The position numbers and the translations under genes are program-made. Shown here piece after piece: positions 55,765 through 64,000 of a DNA stretch of 64,000 bases (position 1 is the stretch's first letter; the number at the start of each line of letters is the position of its first letter). This DNA comes from Octopus vulgaris. Its lineage: Eukaryota. The stretch covers positions 4,960,001 through 5,024,000 of the forward strand of contig OX597826.1 of NCBI GenBank assembly GCA_951406725.2, in the 5' to 3' direction. The notes beneath the pieces are model-generated. The model did no database searches. It saw nothing but the letters and a program-made list of their open reading frames with translations, and was not told where the DNA came from.

Positions 55765-55968
55765 GACCAGGCGTGAAATTTCTCAAGGGATTGTGGAGGG
55801 GGCTAGTCGATTTCACCGATCTTTGTGTCCTGTTGCTATTTATATTATCGACCCCCAAAATGAAAGGAAGAGTCGACCTCGGCATTATTTGAACTCAGAA
55901 CGTAAAGACAGACGAAATGCTGCTAATCGTTTTGTTCGGGTTCCTAACGATTCAGCCAGCTAGCCGAC

Positions 55969-56022
<54 letters not shown>

Positions 56023-56245
56023 TAAAAAAATTAATAATAATAATAATAATAATAATTTATAATAAATTCACAAGGAATGAAATTTTGGGAGAGCGGGGTT
56101 ATTCCATAACATCGACCCCACTGTGAGATTAATGCTTGCCTTATCTAACCCGAAAGAATGAAAGACAACGTCGACCTCGGCTGAGTTGGAACTCATGCCG
56201 CTAAGCATTTCACCTGGCGTGCTAATGATTCTGGTAATTCGCCAG
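55765..56245 (-). mobile_element. Two B-family SINEs separated by (AAT)n
   Basis: gtcgacctcggc..tgaactca cores near 55872 and 56170, with a long (AAT)n at ~55970-56056. Confidence 0.75.
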
Positions 56246-57633
56246 TTGAAAGAAAATTATGATTGTAGTTTTAAAGTTAGTGAAATTTAGACACAGCCCA
56301 GCGGCTTTCAGTTTCCGGCATTTACTTCTATACCCTTCTATACACTTCTCTACCCTTCTATATATTTCTATACCCTTTAAAATACTAAAGCAATAATGCA
56401 CCTAGATGTTCTAAAGACTTTTAATCTGAAAACTCAGTGTATGTGTTTCTTTTACAGAAAACAGAGTGCGATAACATCTCCTTCTCTGTGTTATAAATAG
56501 ACAAATCATTATAGTTGAAACATGTCTTTATCATTAAGTAGGCGATTAAATAGAAACCATGACCTTGTTAAAATACTGAAAAAAAGAAAACGTTTTCATT
56601 AAAATTAGATAATAATTACGTCTATTTATCATTTACACACACACACACGTATACAGCGGTGCCTCACAAATACACGTGTGTGTATGTGCGTGTATGCGTT
56701 TATAATTTAATGAATTTCAAAAGGACAGGTTTTATGTATTCACGTTGTCTTACACTTGTTTCCGATATAAAAATGCATTGAATTCAAATCTATTGTAGCT
56801 TCCACGGTGCCATCTAAGTATGAAGTACCCGTAATTAGACCTCGATAGCCTTAAAAGACAGCTCACTTTCTATTAGTGACATGCCGAACGAAATAATAGC
56901 CAAGCGGAGAGTACACTTTGTGGTTTTAACCAACAGGATAGCAAGAATTGTGCAAAGCCTCACGTAATTAAAAGCTACAAGCAAGGTCACCTGCTGTAGT
57001 GTACTCACAGATAGAATTCCGCCGAAAAAGATATCAGAAATTGGTTAAAGGACAACAAAATTCACGACAGTAACTCGTTTGATTAGCTACTTTGAAAAAA
57101 GTGAAACGTCAAATAATCTGTTACAAGTATGCATGTCAGTGAAGTTAGACATCGTACTACACGGGGAGAGCAAATATGGCAATATATATATATGCATATT
57201 ATACATATACATATATATTTATATGTATATATATATATATATATTACCGTTTACTCAAGCACTAAAGTAAGATAAATATGTCCCCTCTTCTCTGCTTATC
57301 TTGCTATCTATCTCACAAGAATATATGCAAGTATTGCGCTGAAACAAATATGGAAATTCACATATATGACAAGCATAATTAACTATATATGTATATGCTT
57401 ACACGCTATCGGGCACAATATATACGAATGAAAATCTATGTGTGTATACATATATATATATATATATATATGCATGCCTACATGTGTGTGCCTACATTAT
57501 ACACACTTATATAGTTATTTCGTTATTATTTCATGCGATGTACCTTGTTGCTGTGCTTGAAGGTCATTGATGTATGTTATTTTACGATGCGCTTTAGATT
57601 TTCATACATTTTTCTATCATTGTCTTCTTTCAG

Positions 57634-57740
57634 TGCTTGACTTCCAGTGCTTAGCAACCTGGAACAATGGAGATAAAATGTTATATGGAAAGTTTACCGG
57701 AGATTCATTGAGTGCTGATCAAAACATGTATCGTTGTATG
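57634..57740 (+). CDS. Internal coding exon (107 nt, phase 1-0) of the same gene
   Basis: Acceptor CAG at 57631-57633 and donor ATG|GTAAGT at 57741. Encodes (V)LDFQCLATWNNGDKMLYGKFTGDSLSADQNMYRCM with CLATW and YRC motifs. No next exon was found before 64000. Confidence 0.92.
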
Positions 57741-58411
57741 GTAAGTAAGAATAGATACACCTCTTCATATGACATCTCATTCTTTCTTTGTCATTCGACT
57801 CTCTCTGTCGTTCTGTTTCTCTTTTCTCTTGCCATTTATCATCTTTTGCTCTCTGCATCTTGCTCACTCTCGTTCTGCTTCTGTATTTCCCTCTCTTTGT
57901 GAGTTATTGATCGTTTATATATGCTTTCGTGAAAAATAGAAATATAATAAAAGGGAGAGTGAGAGAGAAACAAAGAGAGTGAGAGAGTGTGTGGGATGCA
58001 GAATTATACATGTAACCATGTCATATCAAATCATAGAAATAATAAAGCTCACATATACTTTCTCTTCCTCCTCCTCCTCCTCCTTCTCCTCCCCATCCTC
58101 CTCCCCCTCTCTCTCTCTCATACATACGCAGTGCTTTTACACTTAGTTTCTTCCATTTTGTTGAATCTTGCCCGATTGTGCTTGTGTGTTTGCACGTGTC
58201 TACATACGTTAGTGAATACGTGTGGATTTTATGTGTGTATGTATGTGTGTGTATGTGTGTGTGTGCGTGTGTGTGTGTGTGTAGAAATACATAAATGCAT
58301 ATGCCTGGAAATATATGCATATATGTGAATAAATGCATACATACGTTTGTGTTTAAATGCATATATATATATATATATATCATCATCATCATCGTTTAAC
58401 GTCCGCTTTCC

Positions 58412-58445
<34 letters not shown>

Positions 58446-58571
58446 ATTTATATGTGTATATATTTGTATGTATATATGTGTACATATTTATAAAATATAT
58501 ACATATGCATATATATATATATACGTATAGATATATATCTTTATGCATATATCTATATATGTATGTATATA

Positions 58572-58612
<41 letters not shown>

Positions 58613-59366
58613 GCATATATATTTATATATATGTATATATATATATGTATGTATATATATATGTGTGTGTATATATATACATATATATAAATGTATATGT
58701 ATATATGCTTGTATATATGTATGCTTGTATGTATATGTATGTATGTGAGAGTAATGGTAGCAAATAAGTGAATGAAACATTATCCAGGTAATTACTTGAT
58801 TGTAATTAAACCGTGATAACAACGCAGGTGTGTTTGTTTAATATTTGTTTTATTTTGCTTCCCTTTCAATTTTGCTTTCATGATGTTATTGTTGCTGAGT
58901 CCCGTGCTAGTCGTGATTGAGCTGAACTATATAATAAAAGCGTTCCTTTCTTGACCACCCTTCCCTGTTTTCGCGTCGCATCCTACATTGTTTAACGCAT
59001 CATTACTTTTCGTATGGCAATGAGACGTGATTTTCAGGGAATTTAGCGGTTATTTTTGCTGGTTGAACGATTAAGCAGAGACCTTAGTTCTGAGGTTCGA
59101 TCCTGTTTTCAAATGCCTCACTTAGAATAAGTTTCCATATTCTTTTATGCCAGTGGTTCTCACACACTAATGTATTTTGAAGACTGTCATGATTAATAAC
59201 AGACGTTCGTTTCCACCTAAACCTGTACAAGACTAAGTGGAAAAAGCAAGAATTACATGGATGTAAGCATTAGTTCCTATATATTTTCCCCTTCGCATAA
59301 GTAACGAGGAAAGCGGGGACCTGGCAGAATCGTTAGCCGTCGGATAAAATGCTCAGCAGAGTCATT

Positions 59367-59480
59367 TACTCTTTTACTTGATTCAGTCATGCTGGAGCAC
59401 CACCTTTACAGGGACGTAAACACACCAGCATCGGTTGTCAAGTGATGATGGGGAGATAAACTTAGACACACAAACATATA
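59367..59480 (-). mobile_element. Internally deleted A-family SINE 3' fragment next to a B-head fragment (59320-59358, +)
   Basis: tactcttttacttgattcagtcat-gctggagcaccacctttac-agggacgtaaacacaccagcatcggttgtcaag. Confidence 0.7.
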
Positions 59481-59510
59481 CACACGCACATACATACATA
59501 CATACATACA

Positions 59511-59545
<35 letters not shown>

Positions 59546-60070
59546 GTATATATGTATGTGTGTTTGTATAGATTAAGCAAAGCATATATGTACGTACGTG
59601 TGTGAACGTGTGCGTGAGCATTGTGATATATCTACATATACATATATTTGGACGCCTGTCTACCTGAACAAACAAATTACTTATTTGATATCCCTTTACT
59701 TGCTTTAACTAAGCAAGAACAATTAATTAAAACATCGCAAGTTATTGTCAGCGAAATAGAGAGGTGATATTAGATAAGTTTAAGATAGTTTGAAAGAGGG
59801 GAGATAGCATGCCAATAGCATGGGCACTAGTAGTTGTGGTATTAGTAATAGTAATATCATTATTAGTTTTCTTCGCGCACTGAACATTATATACATTGGT
59901 AGGTAAATGTATAGAAAGTTTGAACATGGCTGAGTGGTCATGTGGTTTATCGGCATTGTCCACGTCATCAAGCTTCAGTTTGTGTCAATTGGATTTCGAA
60001 AGGAAAGTGGGAGAAATGCATACATACATAATATATCTATAATATACATGTGCATATATATATATACATA

Positions 60071-60128
<58 letters not shown>

Positions 60129-60159
60129 CATACATAATATATTTATAATATACATATGC

Positions 60160-60190
<31 letters not shown>

Positions 60191-63100
60191 CATAATATAT
60201 ATATATATATATAATACACATATGCATATATATATACATACATACATACGTATACGTATGTATGTATTTCTCTATAAGCAGAGGGGGAGAGAGAAACAGT
60301 TGATTCTATAGATCTTTGGAAACACCTGAGATCTTACATATAACAATGAGACATGATGAAAACGCATTGTTCCACGTTGTCGCCAATCGACTTGGTTGTA
60401 CTCGTACGCGAATGATTATTTTAGGCCGGTGACAATTGCTGAACTGTTATTGTTTGTGTTGTTATTATTGGTGTTTATTTTTCTTATTATTTTTGCTGGT
60501 GCCTGCTATTGTTGTTTTTCTTGTTGTTGGCATGGCACACTAGACTCCTGTTAGTGTCAGCTAAGCAGAATGAGAAAGTATACGATAGAAATAGAGAGGT
60601 AAGCTGAGGGAAAGTGTGACAGACTTAAGTCAAGAGGAAGAGAGAGAGAGATGGTGATAGAGAAAAAGTGAGAGAGAGAGAGAGAGAGAGAGAGATTTAT
60701 AGGGACAGAGTGAGAATGTTGTTGGAAATAATATCAAAAAGTTTTGAAAATTTGAAGAGGAAGATCATTGTATTTCCAATCTTCGGAAATGATATAGAAT
60801 TGAGAAGAGAAGCGTTATAGTACACGAGGAGGGGTGGAACTTTACATGTGAGAAGAGAGAGAAAAAGAGAACGATATATATATATGAGCATACATATATT
60901 CGCATATGGATTATACATACATGCATACACACATACTCACACACACACACACATATATATATATATGTATGTATGTATGTATGTGTATATGTAAATATAT
61001 ATATATATGTATTTAAAACACTTCGAGTGTATGTATATATAACGTGTGTGTTTATATATACATGCACAATAGAATTTTATGGCGTACCATGATTATCTAT
61101 ACATAGTGGTTGTGGTGGCGGTGTGAGGTGTATTTGGACAATGAGGGATAATTAGAATAAAAGTCTTTCACTCAAGTCAGCTTGAACTTAATGGTATCGA
61201 ATCCATTGGAATCGAACATAAGAAACACCGATATTATTAGTGCACTCAATGAAAGAACAATAGCAGCACTGTCATCAAGTGTGTTCAGCCAACTTAGGCG
61301 GAATGCTCGCTACGTTTGGGAGGGTGTGTTTGTCTTTTTTCTTTTTTTTTTTTTTTCGTTTTTTTGTAACACAGTTGTTTGCGGATAAAGGATTTAGTGT
61401 GAGTAAAGAAATATTATAATGGAGAAAACGATAGCGCTGCAGTATATCGTACGCTTAGGCCTAGGTGATTTTGCTTGTTTAAATCTCGAGATCAAATCAA
61501 ACGAAAACTGAGATTTCTGGGGGTTTTTTGTTGTTGTTTTTTTCATGTAATTCTCGTGGTATTGATAAAATATGTACGAGCTAAGTCCTGTTATTGTTAT
61601 TGTTGTTGCGATGAAAATTTTTCAAATGCTAACATATAGCCAAAAGGGTTATAGTAATTTTTGCGCGCCATTTTAGCCATTGAAAAATACACAATAACTG
61701 TTATAGTCACTTAGAATGTTAAAGAATTTCACGTCCTAAGATATAGAGAGAAAATGATTATAATAGTATTATTTTCTCTCCCAAATACTTGCTCCTCATA
61801 TACACTCACACATGTATAGACCTACATACATATCTCACCAACTAGAACTCTCAAACATATGTCCTCCACTCTTTAGCTATTTATTCACTACGATACACGC
61901 GCGTACACAGACATCTTATTTGATAACTATCACTCAACTACTTCTACCTCTCTTCCTGTCACGCCTGCTTGACCACTACTTTATCTTTGGCGTGACAATC
62001 CTCCCGCTACTCACGCGGTCCTTATTTTCTTTCTTTTCCCTTCTACGCCAATTGCAATAAAAAAAATCCACCCTCCATTTTTACTATTGACCTATTTTTA
62101 CAACATCTGGCTTTTCAACCTCTCAGTTGCTTCAACTTTTTCCATGGATTATACCTGTTCATGGGACACTTCTTTGAAATCTGATAAATTCACTGGACTT
62201 TTGTTTACTATTTTTGCGCATTTTCACTGAATTCTTCTATTTTCTTTCCCTCTACAGAACTTAAGCATTTCTCACTCATTTTCAAATTTTATGGCAACCT
62301 TCCCTCTGTTAAAATATTTTCCCACCCTTACGTACTTTAGTCATACACATGCAGTCATCGGTGACAACCGCAACCTTGCTCTGGCCTTACCATGTAGTTC
62401 ATCAATGCGTTTATTCCCTCGCTCGCATAATCTCGTCACTCGTACACATACAATCCACTCCACATTATGCCACCTTCAAAACAATTACAGTGAAACTTGC
62501 ATTCATTCATTCCTTCTTCGGGTTTTTAATTCCCACGAATAGAACAGAATCTTCACCTGGTTTCTACCTGCCACTTACTTTTCTCTATTTATCTTTGATC
62601 ATTTGTGTCTTTTCTTACGATGTAAGTCTAACATCCGAAACGCTAACACTCTGCATTAAACCGTCCAATCTACATAATATTTGACCAACTTTATTCTTCC
62701 TGTACTATCTGTACTGTATTTAGAAATAACACATATTGTGATGGAGCCTGTTGATTTTTTTGTATGAAGAGTTACATCATTGTGTTATTTGGTCAAGAGG
62801 TTAGTAAACAACTTTTTTAATGCTAGAATGTCATTATTTCAACTTGTAAGCAGTGAATATCTGAGATTGGAACTTCACGCTTCATTAATCCAATTAGAAA
62901 GAACAGCTTTCATTCAGCCCGTTTTCTTATTGACAAGGTATACGTTGCCATTAATTTAAGGTGCACATATAAACATTCATTATATATCGCTAATATGCAA
63001 CGTAAGACAGATGGCGTTTGATCTATGTACCTAAAATCAAAATGACAAACGAAATATGCATAAAAAAATATACGCAAATCAACGTGCTTATACACACAAG

Positions 63101-63214
63101 CATACATACATGTGTGCATAACGAGATGATGTGTGTCTAAGATTACACACACTCAAACACACGGGGACACACACACACACACATATATACATGTAGGAGC
63201 ACAGATCCAGCCAG

Positions 63215-63249
<35 letters not shown>

Positions 63250-63319
63250 TGTGAGAGAGAGAAAGAGATTCTAGGTCATATATACAAATAGATATAAATA
63301 ATAATATAACTATATTTTA

Positions 63320-63414
<95 letters not shown>

Positions 63415-63629
63415 CATACGTACACACACATTGGCATGTATATTTGTCTATACGAAATAATCTAAATATATTTATTATCATATAAACATACATACACATA
63501 CGCAAATACTCTCGTGTGCTGGCTGAGATACCTAATTATGTATGCATACGTGTGTTGCTCTGAAATGTTCGCAATCACGTGATTATTCGTGAGAGCGGGA
63601 GGAATAAGAAAAAGAGAGGGAGAGTGAGG

Positions 63630-63661
<32 letters not shown>

Positions 63662-64000
63662 GAGAGAGATGGGTGTTGAGAAGATGCGTGCGTATGCGTT
63701 TATCTGTATATATTTGTGTATGTGAGTATAATACATTAAAAACTGAAGAGAAGGAAATACACCGTTACAGCAGGTGCATAAACAATAATACATCTTAATG
63801 AATACAAAATAAACTTGAAAACGTCCCTGCAGATATAATGGAAAATTTGGGTGAAGCAAGACAAACAGAACTGTCAGACGTCCATGGAAGTTTTCTTTAA
63901 GGAACATCCTGTCATTACAACCAATTCACTGAGTGATATCTCCCGAAAAATCACCTGCAACCCCCGCACACTGTATATATCATGTCTTTCAATATGAATC

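Larger units (their letters stand above)
52095..57633 (+). other. Phase-1 intron (5,539 nt)
   Basis: GTAACA donor and tgtcttctttCAG acceptor. G+TG gives Val in frame. Confidence 0.85.

Noticed and set aside
62240-62684. Strong acceptor ttctctttccctctaCAG at ~62257 as the next exon of the host gene
   Set aside because: The phase-0 translation is pyrimidine-biased, lacks the family's expected motif pattern and has no good donor.

Overview
Eukaryotic, AT-rich DNA saturated with microsatellites. The tRNA-derived SINE families look like those of Octopus, so an octopus-type cephalopod origin is inferred from sequence recognition, not a search. The window lies inside one + strand protein-coding gene. 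Three phase-compatible GT-AG exons (<1..77, 51924..52094, 57634..57740) splice to CHNTEDFRKLCSTITGDSQLHSLVR-V-PSVPVPCPFQGSYFFRYMNGSVNCSKPFSQMRECADNSRFKFHFRKCNGNPETTEK-V-LDFQCLATWNNGDKMLYGKFTGDSLSADQNMYRCM, a Cys-rich extracellular-type protein resembling the uncharacterised invertebrate DUF7042/7043/7044-type family (from memory). The first intron is 51.8 kb. The introns hold three SINE families (here called A, B/B2 and C), decayed LINE and Penelope-like remnants and many simple repeats. Nearly all ORFs in the supplied track are microsatellite artefacts. Best leads: (1) a B2 tail joined at the same nucleotide inside the tRNA head of two different host SINEs, suggesting site-specific self-targeting; (2) all three C copies inserted with TSDs at the ends of other SINEs; (3) minimal hammerhead-like motifs; (4) candidate antisense exons nested in the giant intron; (5) an inverted templated insertion. 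There are no prokaryotic features, and no new protein-coding system could be supported.
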